NCBI GenBank assembly: GCA_963705165.1
Contig: CAVPJD010000006.1
Span: 1-28,625 of the forward strand
Source of the DNA: an uncultured delta proteobacterium
Lineage (GTDB): Bacteria > Desulfobacterota > Syntrophia > Syntrophales > UBA2192
Reading direction: 5' to 3'
Length of the DNA stretch: 28,625 bases
Shown: in pieces, positions 1 through 8,854 of the stretch
Layout: every line of letters begins with the position of its first letter
How positions within the stretch are numbered: the stretch's first letter is position 1
The notes under the pieces: generated by a model
Databases searched by the model: none
What the model saw: only the letters and a program-made list of their open reading frames with translations
What the model was told of the DNA's origin: nothing
Position numbers and translations under genes: made by a program

Positions 1-637
1 CGGCCTTCTCGGCAAGTTCGGTCCTTCGGGGGTCTACGACGATCAATTTGGCACCGTCCTTCAGCTGTGCACTCACCTGGCTGGAGATCAACCCTTCCTC
101 GTTGGTTGAGGTCGGGTTGCTGCCCCAGAGAAAGAGCAGCTTCGTCGGATGATGGAGGTCCGCGACCGGATAGAACCCGCAGGTATGAAGCCCCGTGATT
201 TCCCTTCCGGCATGACAGACATCCTGTGAAGCGATGATGTTGGGCGATCCGAAGATGTTGGCAAGTCGGATCAGCACGAAATGCTCGAGCCCTTTCGGCA
301 TGCCGACGCCGAACCCTACAGCACGCGCGCCGTGTTTTTCCTTGATCCGCAGCAGATTTTCCGCCGTCTCGTCCAGGGCCTGGTCCCAGGAGACGCGCTG
401 CCATTTCCCCTCGCCGCGCTCCCCCACCCTCTTCAGGGGATGCCTGAGGCGGTCCGGATGCGTGAGGCGGTCCGGCGACACCCTGCCCTTGAAACAGGTG
501 TAGCCCTTGTTCAGATACCCCTCCGGGTCCCCTTTCACCTGAACAATCTCGTTGCCCTTGACCCCGACCAGCAGACTACAGCCGCCGTGGTCCATGCGTG
601 CACAGTGCGTTTTCATCCAGCGGATCTCTTCAGCCAT
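1..637 (-). CDS. Molybdopterin (Mo/W-bisPGD, DMSO reductase superfamily) oxidoreductase catalytic subunit, N-terminal part; runs off the left edge
   Basis: Not in the ORF track. Manual translation from ATG 637 (SD AGGAG upstream): MAEEIRWMKTHCARMDHGGCSLLVGVKGNEIVQVKGDPEGYLNKGYTCFKG...HPDRLRHPLKRVGERGEGKWQRVSWDQALDE...SQDVCHAG...LFLWGSNP...KLIVVDPRRTELAEKA; open to the window edge; no Tat signal. Confidence 0.93.
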   Translation of the reverse strand, partial: MAEEIRWMKTHCARMDHGGCSLLVGVKGNEIVQVKGDPEGYLNKGYTCFKGRVSPDRLTHPDRLRHPLKRVGERGEGKWQRVSWDQALDETAENLLRIKEKHGARAVGFGVGMPKGLEHFVLIRLANIFGSPNIIASQDVCHAGREITGLHTCGFYPVADLHHPTKLLFLWGSNPTSTNEEGLISSQVSAQLKDGAKLIVVDPRRTELAEKA

Positions 638-685
638 ACTCCTGCTCCTCTCATGACAAGGTGGACGGAATGGGAAAGCGTTGCT

Positions 686-714
686 GTTGTAACAAATCCC
701 CGGTTTTATGTCAA
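686..714 (-). promoter_or_regulatory. Putative sigma70 promoter of the oxidoreductase gene
   Basis: TTGACA (714-709), 17 bp, TACAAC (691-686) on the minus strand, about 50 nt upstream of ATG 637. Confidence 0.5.
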
Positions 715-722
715 TTATGACA
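707..722. promoter_or_regulatory. Palindromic operator copy 1, TATGTCA-N4-TGACA
   Basis: TATGTCAattaTGACA; same core as 828-851; overlaps the leftward -35 box. Confidence 0.55.
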
Positions 723-827
723 CAAAGGCCCTGGCAACTTTTCGGCGGACAAAGCCAAATACTTCGCGAAACCGACCTATTATCCCTCGGAGATGATGCG
801 GTATAGCAGCCGGCGGCAGCGCATAGC

Positions 828-851
828 ACATATGTCACAAATGACATATGT
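828..851. promoter_or_regulatory. Palindromic operator copy 2, perfect 10-4-10 inverted repeat
   Basis: ACATATGTCA-caaa-TGACATATGT, upstream of the candidate fdn promoter. Confidence 0.65.
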
Positions 852-885
852 TGTTGATTTCACTGATCAATCTGCCAAATAAACC

Positions 886-914
886 TTGACTTCTTGCGTC
901 CTTTTTATTATAGG
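886..914 (+). promoter_or_regulatory. Putative sigma70 promoter of the fdn operon
   Basis: TTGACT (886-891), 17 bp, TATAGG (909-914), about 100 nt upstream of the riboswitch. Confidence 0.45.
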
Positions 915-1015
915 AAATCGCCATTTTCAGGTGGTCCCACGCCTTTATCCGTTCTGTTTTTTCCGAAGGCGCAGCAGGATTGTTCCCTGATGTGACGGTC
1001 CCGCCGGAAAATGAC

Positions 1016-1119
1016 GTCTCCGATCCGCCCGTTCTACAGAGGGAAAGAGAGACCTCCACGAGGGGTGGACGATGGGTATGGCTGGAAACGGCCGTGCCTC
1101 CCGCGCTTGGAAAGGAGAC
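1016..1119 (+). ncRNA. Moco/Tuco (molybdenum/tungsten cofactor) riboswitch, P3-less variant
   Basis: P1 GTCTCC(1016-1021)/GGAGAC(1114-1119); P2 TCCGCCC/GGGTGGA with inner GAGG/CCTC stem; P4 GGTATGGCTG-GAAA-CGGCCGTGCC; 3' end GCCTCCCGcgcTTGGAAAGGAG matches the hallmark Moco-motif end; lies upstream of a pterin-cofactor enzyme. Confidence 0.88.
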
Positions 1120-1173
1120 CCGGGGAAGGGAGAGAAATTCCCGCGACATTCTTTGAAAGGAGAGAGGGTTTTT

Positions 1174-4100
1174 ATGGATGTCAGCAGAAGAGGTTTCCTG
1201 AAGCTCTCCGGCGCGACACTGGCAGCCAGCGGACTCGGCATCAGCCTGAGTCCCGCCAGGGCTCACGCCAAAGAGCTCAAGACGATTCACACGAAAGAAT
1301 CCCTGACCGTGTGCCCTTACTGCTCCGTCGGATGCGGCATCATCGTGTCCGTGCGCGACGGTAAGGTCATCAACACCGAGGGGGATCCCGACAACCCCAT
1401 CAACCAGGGTACGCTCTGTCCCAAGGGCGGATCCATCTACCAGATGGCCAACAACAAGAACCGGCTCGACAAGCCCCGCTACCGGGCGCCTTACGCGACG
1501 GAGTGGCAGGAAGTCGAGTGGGAATGGGCCCTGGACAAAATCGCCCGCAACATCAAGACGAGCCGTGACAAGAGCTTCAAGGCCCGCAACGAGAAGGGCG
1601 AACTCGTGAACCGCACCGACGGCATCGCCTCCGTCGGCTCGGCCGCCATGGACAACGAGGAGTGCTGGCTTTATCAGAAATTCCTGAGGGGGTTGGGTCT
1701 GGTGTACATTGAACACCAGGCCAGGATATGACACAGCGCCACGGTACCGGCTCTGGCAGAGTCGTTCGGACGCGGCGCAATGACGAATCACTACATTGAT
1801 TTCCAGTGGAGTGATGTGACACTCATCATGGGGTCCAACCCCGCAGCCAACCACCCCGTCTCCTTCAAGTGGATCACCAAGGCCATGGAGAGGGGCGGAA
1901 AGCTTGTCTGTGTGGATCCCCGCTTCACCCAGTCGGCCGCCAAGGCGCACCTCTATGCCCCGCTTCGCTCGGGGACGGACATTGCCTTTCTGGGCGGCAT
2001 GATCAAGTACATCTTCGACAACAAGCTCATCTTCGATGAGTACGTCAATCGGTACACCAACGCCACCTTCCTCGTGAACCCCGACTTCAAGATGCCCGGC
2101 GACAACAAGGGCGTCTTCTCGGGCCTCTCGGGCACGAAGTACGACAAGGCCACCTGGAGCTACCAGACCGATGCGGCCGGCGTCATCAAGAAAGACCCCA
2201 CGATGACCGACCCCCGCTGCGTCTTCCAGCTCCTGAAGAAGCACTACTCCCGTTACACGCCGGATCTGGTTGTCCGGATCACGGGTACTCCGAAGGACAA
2301 GCTCCTGGAGGTCTACAAGGCCTATACCTCCACGACGGGCCCCTCCAAGGCCGGCAACATCCTCTACGCCATGGGCTGGACGCAGCACACCGTGGGCGTC
2401 CAGAACATCCGCACGATGGCCATCATCCAGCTGCTGCTGGGCAACGTCGGCATCCCCGGCGCCGGCGTGCAGGCCCTTCGCGGCGAGTCCAACGTCCAGG
2501 GCTCGACGGACCAGGGACTTCTGTTCCACATCTGGCCGGGCTACATCGGGACCCCCCGGGGCTCAAACACCACCCTCAAGGCCTTCATGGAAGCGAGGAC
2601 CCCCCAGACCAGGGAGCCCAAGGCCCTCAACTGGCCGAAGAACACGCCCAAGTACATCGCGAGCTTCCTGCGCTCCATGTACGGGATGAACGCAACGCTC
2701 GACGAGGCCTACAACTACCTGCCCAAGCTCGACGACGGTGTGGATTACTCCTGGCTCACCCTTTTTGACCAGATGTACAAGGGAAAGTTCACGGGCTTTT
2801 TCGCATGGGGCATGAACCCGGCGGCCTCCGGCGCCTCCTCCAACAAGGTGCGCGCGGCCATGACGAAGCTCGACTGGATGGTCAACGTCAACCTCTACGA
2901 CAACGAGACGGGCTCTGTCTGGAGAAGCCCCGGCTTTGACCCCACAAAGGTCAAGACCGAGGTCTTCATGCTGCCCTGCGCCTCCTCCATCGAAAAGGAA
3001 GGCAGCGTCTCCAACAGCGGCCGCTGGATGCAGTGGCGCTACAAGGCCATCAATCCCGTGGGCATCTCGATTCCCGACGGCGACATCATGGCAGAGCTCT
3101 ACTTCAAGGTGAAGGCCCTCTACGAGAAGGAGGGCGGCCCCAACAAGGACGCCATCACGAAGCTCTCGTGGAATTATGGCAAATTCGACGACAAGGGGCG
3201 TTATCATCTCGATGTCCACGCCATCGCCAAGGAGATCAACGGCACCTTCCTGGCGGACAAGGTCGTCGAGAACCCCGCCACGAAGGAAAAGATGCCCTTC
3301 AAGAAGGGTCAGCAGGTCCCCAGCTTCGCCTTCCTGCAGGATGACGGCTCGACCTCATCAGGCGACTGGGTCTACTGCGGATCCTACACCGACGCGGGCA
3401 ACATGTCCCAACGGCGCGGCAAGGCCGACCCCACGGGTCTCGGACTCTATCCCCAGTGGGCATGGTGCTGGCCGGTCAACCGTCGGATTATTTACAACGG
3501 CGCCTCGGTCCACCCCGACACGGGCAAGCCCTGGAACCCCGCACGGGCCGTCATCAAGTGGGACGGCACGAAGTGGACGGGCGACGTGCCCGACGGCGTG
3601 GGAGATCCCGGAAGCGGCCGCGGACCCTTCATCATGAAGCCCGACGGCGTGGCCTCCCTCTTCGGGCCGGGCCTGGCCGACGGTCCATTCCCCGAGCACT
3701 ACGAACCCATGGAGTGCCCGGTGGAGAAGAACCTCATGTCGCCCCAGTTCAACAACCCCGCGGTCAAGCGCTGGGAGAAGAAAGGCGTGGGTACGGACAC
3801 GGAATCGGACTCCATCGCCTCCTGCGACCCGCGGTTCCCCTTCATCTGCAGCACCTACCGCGTCACCGAGCACTGGCAGACGGGCCTTCAGACCCGCTGG
3901 GTGCCCTGGCTCGCGGAGATGCAGCCGGGCATGTTTGTGGAGATCAGCGAGGAGCTGGCCAAGGAGCGCGGCTTTGCCAACGGCGAGCTTGTGACGGTCA
4001 AGACAGCCCGCGGCGAGCTCGATGCCGTGGCCATCGTGACGCCCCGCATGAAGCCCTTCAACATCGACGGCAACACGGTGCACATGGTGGGCATCCCCTG

Positions 4101-4278
4101 GCACTACGGATGGACCACCACGGCGACCCGCCATTACAACGCCAACGACAAGAAACCGGAGATCTTCACCACCGGCGATGCGGCAAACTTGCTCACACCC
4201 TACACGGGGGATCCCAACACCATGATCCCCGAGAGCAAGGCCTTCATGGCGAACGTTGTGAAGAAGGGGGTGAAGTAA
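1174..4278 (+). CDS. fdnG: Formate dehydrogenase-N type alpha subunit, selenocysteine-containing (UGA 1729-1731 = Sec186), Tat-exported, 1034 aa
   Basis: Track ORFs 1072-1731 and 1780-4278 share a frame. Tat motif SRRGFLK; CPYCSVGC...C Fe-S motif; EHQARI-U-HSATVPALAESFGRGAMTNH active site; ALRGESNVQG; YRVTEHW; SD before ATG 1174. Confidence 0.97.
1732..1778 (+). promoter_or_regulatory. Bacterial SECIS hairpin directly after the Sec UGA
   Basis: Basal GCGCC(1736-1740)/GGCGC(1774-1778); apical stem GGCTCT(1749-1754)/AGAGTC(1758-1763) with a G-starting loop 23 nt after the UGA. Confidence 0.8.
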
Positions 4279-4279
4279 G

Positions 4280-5083
4280 ATGGCTGAGAAAATCAAACTC
4301 TACGATGACGCCAAGTGCACCGCCTGCAGGGGCTGCCAGCTTGCCTGCAAGCAGTGGAACGCGCTGAAGGCCGGCCAGACGAAACAGTGGGGCTCCTACC
4401 AGAACCCCCCGACACTTCAGCCCAACAACTACATGATCATCCACTTCCAGGACGTCAAGGACGACAAGGGCGGCGTGAAGTGGCTCTTCCGCAAGGAAGC
4501 CTGCATGCACTGCACGGATGCGGCCTGCGTCACGGTCTGCCCCTCCGGGGCCCTTTTCTACAACAAGGACTTCGGGACGGTGGGCCTCAACCACGACCTT
4601 TGCATCGGCTGCAAAAACTGTGTGGCGGCCTGCCCCTTCGAGGTTCCGAAGTACGACGCCTCGACAGACAAGATTACCAAGTGCGACATGTGCGAAAGCC
4701 GTCTTGCCAACAACATGACCCCCGCCTGCGTGAAGGCCTGCCCCACGGGCGCCCTTTCCTGGGGCGACAAGGAGGCCCAGTTGAAGAAGGCCGCGGCCCG
4801 TGCCCAGCAGTTGGGCGGGTCGGCCACGGTATACGGTGACAAGTACGTGGGGGGCACGCACCTGATGTACGTGCTCTCCGAAAAGCCCGCCACCTATGCG
4901 GGGGTGCAGATCGATCCGAGTGTCCCCCTCAGTGTCACACTGTGGCGGGGCTTCCTCAAGCCCGTCTCACTGCTTGCGGCGGGAGGCATCCTGGTGGGCT
5001 CGTTCCTGCACTACCTGATCAAGGGGCCCAAACTGCCCTACGACGATACGGATGTGGCAGGAAAGAAGGAAGGGGGTGAATGA
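4280..5083 (+). CDS. fdnH: Formate dehydrogenase beta (iron-sulfur) subunit with C-terminal membrane anchor
   Basis: CTACRGCQLAC, CMHCTDAACVTVCP, CIGCKNCVAACP, CDMC...PACVKACP; hydrophobic C-terminal helix. Confidence 0.95.
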   Translation: MAEKIKLYDDAKCTACRGCQLACKQWNALKAGQTKQWGSYQNPPTLQPNNYMIIHFQDVKDDKGGVKWLFRKEACMHCTDAACVTVCPSGALFYNKDFGTVGLNHDLCIGCKNCVAACPFEVPKYDASTDKITKCDMCESRLANNMTPACVKACPTGALSWGDKEAQLKKAAARAQQLGGSATVYGDKYVGGTHLMYVLSEKPATYAGVQIDPSVPLSVTLWRGFLKPVSLLAAGGILVGSFLHYLIKGPKLPYDDTDVAGKKEGGE

Positions 5084-5754
5084 CCATGAAACCTGGAATG
5101 ATTCAAGCAACGGATGCCTTTGAGCGGATCGTCCACTGGACGATGGCGATCTCCTGCATCATCCTGTTCATTACGGGACTGGGAATGATGTTCACATCGC
5201 TGAACTTCATCGGGACGATTCTCGGCGGAATGAAAAACCTGAAATACATCCACAACTTGACGGGCCTCGTGTTCGGCTTCTCGCTGATCTTCGCCATCTC
5301 CATGTGGTGGAAGGAAGCGGGCGTCATCGAAATGCCCGACGACCTCGAGTGGGTCAAGTGCGCCGGCGGCTACCTCTGGCACGTGGAGCACCCGCCCGAG
5401 AGCGGCAAGTACAACCCGGGACAGAAGATGTTCTTCATCGCCGTGGCCCTCTGCGGGCCCATGATGCTGGTCACGGGACTTCTCATGATGTTCCAGATCC
5501 TGCCCATGTCGCTCACCCGCTGGATGTACACGCTGCACGCCGTGGGGTTTGTCACGCTCTTTGCCTTCTTCTTCGTCCACATCTACCTGGGGACGATCGG
5601 CAACCCCGGCTCCTTCCAGGCCATGATCACCGGCTGGGTCACGCGCGGCTGGGCCAAGAAGCAGCACCCCAAGTGGCTCAAGGAGATGGAGCATCACGGC
5701 ACGCTCGTCGTCTACGGCGAGGAGAAAAAGGACGCCCCTGGAGGGCACCACTAG
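5080..5754 (+). CDS. fdnI: Formate dehydrogenase gamma subunit (cytochrome b556)
   Basis: ERIVHW, YIHN, TLHA and VHIY heme His residues; GKYNPGQK; AMITGWV...WAKKQHPKW; ATGA overlap with the fdnH stop. Confidence 0.95.
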   Translation: MTMKPGMIQATDAFERIVHWTMAISCIILFITGLGMMFTSLNFIGTILGGMKNLKYIHNLTGLVFGFSLIFAISMWWKEAGVIEMPDDLEWVKCAGGYLWHVEHPPESGKYNPGQKMFFIAVALCGPMMLVTGLLMMFQILPMSLTRWMYTLHAVGFVTLFAFFFVHIYLGTIGNPGSFQAMITGWVTRGWAKKQHPKWLKEMEHHGTLVVYGEEKKDAPGGHH

Positions 5755-5800
5755 AAGATAGAAGTTGAGAAGGTAAGAAGTTAAGAGGTTAAGAAATCAG
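5754..5800 (+). repeat. Lone period-8 tandem arm (GAAGKTAA family) between the fdnI stop and terminator
   Basis: GAAGATA GAAGTTGA GAAGGTAA GAAGTTAA GAGGTTAA GAAATCAG. Confidence 0.85.
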
Positions 5801-5832
5801 GGGCCCGTTTCGAAAGAGGCGGGCCCTTCTTT
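5800..5832 (+). terminator. Intrinsic terminator of fdnGHI
   Basis: GGGGCCCGTTTC-GAAA-GAGGCGGGCCCT followed by TCTTT. Confidence 0.8.
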
Positions 5833-5911
5833 ATCTTGATTCCGGCTCTGCTCAGGCATTGAATTTCACTGCACCCCATACATCCCGGGCAGTACTTCTT
5901 CCTGCATCGCT

Positions 5912-5948
5912 GCCCTTGCCTCTCGCCTTGAGCCCTAAGCCTTACGCC
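5912..5948 (-). repeat. Lone period-7 tandem arm (GGCTTAA family) just after the hydrolase stop
   Basis: Plus strand GCCCTT GCCTCTC GCCTTGA GCCCTAA GCCTTAC GCC. Confidence 0.8.
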
Positions 5949-5949
5949 G

Positions 5950-6495
5950 CTATTTCACAATCTTGAAGATCTCTTTGAACTTCGGGTCCTCCGCCGTCCG
6001 GATGAGCTCGAAGAGGACCATCTCGGTGCTCGCAAGATGGGCCCCCTCGTCACACATCTTCCGAATCCCGATCTTGCGGTTCAACACGGTTCTCGAAGAA
6101 ACGGCGTCCGCGACGAGGTGCACTTCGTAGCCGAATCCGAGCAGATCAATCGCCGTCTGGTAGACGCAGACGTGCGCCTCGATGCCGCAGAGAATCGCCT
6201 GGCGCCGCTCTACGGCCTTCAGGGCCTTCATGATCTTCTCGTCGCCGCAGCAGCTGAAGTCGGATTTTGGAATGCGACGGCCCTCGGGCAGGAGTTCCAC
6301 TACGGGCGGAATCGTGGGTCCCAGCTTCTCCGGGATCTGCTCGGTGACGATGACGGGGATGCCGAAAACCTGCATGCCCCGGATGAGCTTCCGGACGTTT
6401 TCCTGCAGGAATTGCTTGTCCTGCATGGACTCGTACAGGTTGCCCTGCATGTCGATGACGAATAAGACTGTGTCCTCAACCGACAGTAATGACAT
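5950..6495 (-). CDS. Isochorismatase/cysteine hydrolase family protein (YcaC-related)
   Basis: LFVIDMQ, VTEQ.P..LGPT, KSDFSC, GIEAHVCVYQT, VADAVSSR; start moved to ATG 6495 behind SD AAGGAG. Confidence 0.92.
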   Translation of the reverse strand: MSLLSVEDTVLFVIDMQGNLYESMQDKQFLQENVRKLIRGMQVFGIPVIVTEQIPEKLGPTIPPVVELLPEGRRIPKSDFSCCGDEKIMKALKAVERRQAILCGIEAHVCVYQTAIDLLGFGYEVHLVADAVSSRTVLNRKIGIRKMCDEGAHLASTEMVLFELIRTAEDPKFKEIFKIVK

Positions 6496-6517
6496 ATTCT
6501 CTCCTTTCGACAATCGG

Positions 6518-6587
6518 GGCTCAGGGCTAACGGCTAATGGCGAAAGGTAAGAAAGGATGATCTCTACGCCTTTAGCCTTTAGCCTTT
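6518..6587. repeat. Inverted pair of period-7 arms (GGCTTAA family)
   Basis: GGCTCAG GGCTAAC GGCTAAT GGCGAAA ... TCTCTAC GCCTTTA GCCTTTA GCCTTT between divergent genes. Confidence 0.8.
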
Positions 6588-6633
6588 GGATAGGCCTTGC
6601 TTTTCAGGGTCAAAACCGTTAACAGACTGGGAA

Positions 6634-7797
6634 ATGAAAAAGATCGTCGTCAACCGTGCGGCGGCCGAGCGGCTGCACTCGTTCTTCCCCTGGGTGTACC
6701 GGACAGACATCCAGCAGTCAGCGGGCGATCCGGGGGATCTCGTCTCCGTTCATGATCCCGGCGGCACGTTCCTGGGCATCGGCTACATCAACCCCGCCAG
6801 TGAAATCAGCGTACGCATTTTATCGTTTTCCGAAGTGGAGATCAACAGGGACTTCTTCCGGGAAAAGCTCCTGGCGGCTTTCCGGAAGCGCGAAGCCCTG
6901 CGGGGAAAAACCGACGCCTGCCGCCTCGTCCATGCCGAGGCCGATGAGCTGCCGGGAATCATCGTGGATGACTACGCAGGACATCTCGCCATCCAGGTCA
7001 ACACGCTCGGGATGGAGAGGCTGCGGGATCTTCTCCTGCCCGAGCTGGTGGAGCTGAGGCAGCCGAAGGGGATCTACGAGAAGTCCGAAGCAAAGTCACG
7101 CAGCCGCGAGGGGCTCGGGACGGAAGACCGGGTTCTCCACGGCGAGATCCCGGGGCGCATCGAGATTGCGGAGAGCGGCGCAAGGTTTCTCGTCAACCTG
7201 CGGGAGAGCCAGAAAACAGGCTTTTTTCTCGATCAGCGTCGAAACCGGGAGGTCACATCCTCATACGTGGAAGCGGGATTCGAGGTTCTCGACGTCTTCG
7301 CCAACACGGGGGCCTTCGGCATCCATGCCGCGCTTCACGGGGCAAGGCGCGTGAGGCTCGTCGATGTCTCCCGGGAGGCCCTGGAACAGGCCCGGGAGAA
7401 CCTGGCCGCAAACGGCGTTGCGGCACAGACGGTGAGGGCCGACGCCTTCGATTACCTGACCGAGGCGCCGGGCGCCCGGGACCGCTTTGATCTCATCATC
7501 CTGGACCCCCCTCCCTTCACGAAGACAAAACGGAACACGGCGGGTGCTCTCAAGGGCCTGAGGCACCTCATTTGCCAGAGTCTGCGCATCCTGCGGCCCG
7601 GCGGGCTTCTTGCGGTCTTTTCCTGCTCCCATCACGTCTCGCAGATTGACCTGCAGAGGGCGGTCCTCGAGGCCGCAACGGACAGGGAATGCCGCATCGA
7701 AATCCTGGAACACCTCTACCAGGACCGGGATCACCCCTACGTGCTGAACATTCCCATGTCGCTGTATCTGAAGGGGTTTCTACTGAGAAGTCTCTAG
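6634..7797 (+). CDS. rlmI: RlmI-like class I SAM-dependent rRNA methyltransferase (PUA + MTase)
   Basis: PWVY PUA start, EADELPGIIVD.Y, QKTGFFLDQR.NR, VLDVFANTGAF, FDLIILDPPPF, FSCS, DHP...YLK; start at ATG 6634. Confidence 0.88.
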   Translation: MKKIVVNRAAAERLHSFFPWVYRTDIQQSAGDPGDLVSVHDPGGTFLGIGYINPASEISVRILSFSEVEINRDFFREKLLAAFRKREALRGKTDACRLVHAEADELPGIIVDDYAGHLAIQVNTLGMERLRDLLLPELVELRQPKGIYEKSEAKSRSREGLGTEDRVLHGEIPGRIEIAESGARFLVNLRESQKTGFFLDQRRNREVTSSYVEAGFEVLDVFANTGAFGIHAALHGARRVRLVDVSREALEQARENLAANGVAAQTVRADAFDYLTEAPGARDRFDLIILDPPPFTKTKRNTAGALKGLRHLICQSLRILRPGGLLAVFSCSHHVSQIDLQRAVLEAATDRECRIEILEHLYQDRDHPYVLNIPMSLYLKGFLLRSL

Positions 7798-7864
7798 AAA
7801 AGATTCGCTTGCTTCCCCACCGTAAAGGCGATATAGAGCACGCGGAATTGTGAAGGACGGGGCG

Positions 7865-7900
7865 GAATGCATCATGTGAGGACAGCATTCTCTTTTTTTC
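7865..7900 (+). terminator. Possible intrinsic terminator after the methyltransferase
   Basis: GAATGC...GCATTC stem followed by TCTTTTTTT; the large loop makes it uncertain. Confidence 0.45.
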
Positions 7901-7924
7901 TTCAGCCCTATGCCGAATCTTATC

Positions 7925-7995
7925 GGCTCATGACTAAAGGCTTATGGAAGGGATGTGGAATTTCCCCTTATGCCTTTAGCCCTAAGCCTTAAGCC
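7925..7995. repeat. Inverted pair of period-7 arms (GGCTTAA family)
   Basis: GGCTCAT GACTAAA GGCTTAT GG ... CCTTAT GCCTTTA GCCCTAA GCCTTAA GCC upstream of fdhE. Confidence 0.8.
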
Positions 7996-8020
7996 TGTTT
8001 TCGGGAGGTAGATCAGGGGA

Positions 8021-8854
8021 ATGGCAAAAGAACTAGGGCAGACGCTTCAGGTCATAGAACGACACAAGAATATAAACCCGCAGTTCAGCGAATTGCTGGA
8101 TATTCTCGGGGAGATCCTCATCCTCAGGGAGGGGCATCGCAAGAAGATCACAAAGAGCATCTTTCCCATCGACGAGGGACACCTCGAGGCCAAGTTGCAG
8201 GGAGGGCTTCCCCTGGTCGATTTTTCGTCGGCGAAGCTGGACCTGGAGGAGCCGAAAAAGTTTTTCATCGCCCTTCTCGAAATCGGCAAGAAACGCAACC
8301 CCGTCGAGACGGAACAGATATTGAAAGATATTGAAGACGGCAAGCTCAATTACGAGGAGATGGTCTACGATTCCTTCGCCGCGTCGGGGGAGGAAGGCGC
8401 GGCAGAAGAAGCGGACGACGACACGATTGATCTGCTGAAGTTCTTCGTCGAGGAAAGCCTGCGGCCGTCTCTCGAGTTTGTCACCGATCTCTACGGTGAA
8501 CGGATCACGAAGATGGGCTGGAGCGACGGCTACTGCCCTGTCTGCGGGCGGATGCCGAAAATCGGGAGGCTCGTCGACGAGGAGGGCAAGCGGCACCTGT
8601 TCTGCAGCCAGTGCGGGTTCGAGTGGCGCTTCAGGCGCGTGAAGTGCCCCTTCTGCAGCAACGAGGAGCAGCAGTCGCTCTCCTACTTCACCGTCGAGGG
8701 CGATGAGCGCTACCGCGTCGACGTATGCGACGTCTGCAAACGCTACATCAAGACCATCGATTTCCGCAGTGCCGGCGAGGAGGCCATCCTGGACGTGGAG
8801 GATGTGGCCACTCTCCATTTAGATATGCTTGCGCATGAGGAAGGGTACAACTAG
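8021..8854 (+). CDS. fdhE: Formate dehydrogenase accessory protein FdhE
   Basis: CPVCG, CSQCG.EW...R.KCPFC, CDVCKRYIKT.D, DVATLHLD.LA..EGY. Confidence 0.95.
   Translation: MAKELGQTLQVIERHKNINPQFSELLDILGEILILREGHRKKITKSIFPIDEGHLEAKLQGGLPLVDFSSAKLDLEEPKKFFIALLEIGKKRNPVETEQILKDIEDGKLNYEEMVYDSFAASGEEGAAEEADDDTIDLLKFFVEESLRPSLEFVTDLYGERITKMGWSDGYCPVCGRMPKIGRLVDEEGKRHLFCSQCGFEWRFRRVKCPFCSNEEQQSLSYFTVEGDERYRVDVCDVCKRYIKTIDFRSAGEEAILDVEDVATLHLDMLAHEEGYN

Noticed and set aside
732..747. GG-N10-GC sigma54-like site TGGCAACTTTTCGGCG
   Set aside because: Lacks the TTGC -12 box and lies far from the riboswitch; weak.
234..796. Plus-strand ORFs 234-503 and 281-796
   Set aside because: Antisense to the real oxidoreductase gene at 637-1.
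1072..1173. N-terminal extension of fdnG from ATG 1072
   Set aside because: Falls inside the riboswitch; the Tat motif and SD support ATG 1174.
835..4296. Long antisense ORFs over fdnG (835-2529, 2563-3219, 3358-4296)
   Set aside because: Shadow frames of a GC3-biased gene, with no recognisable motifs.
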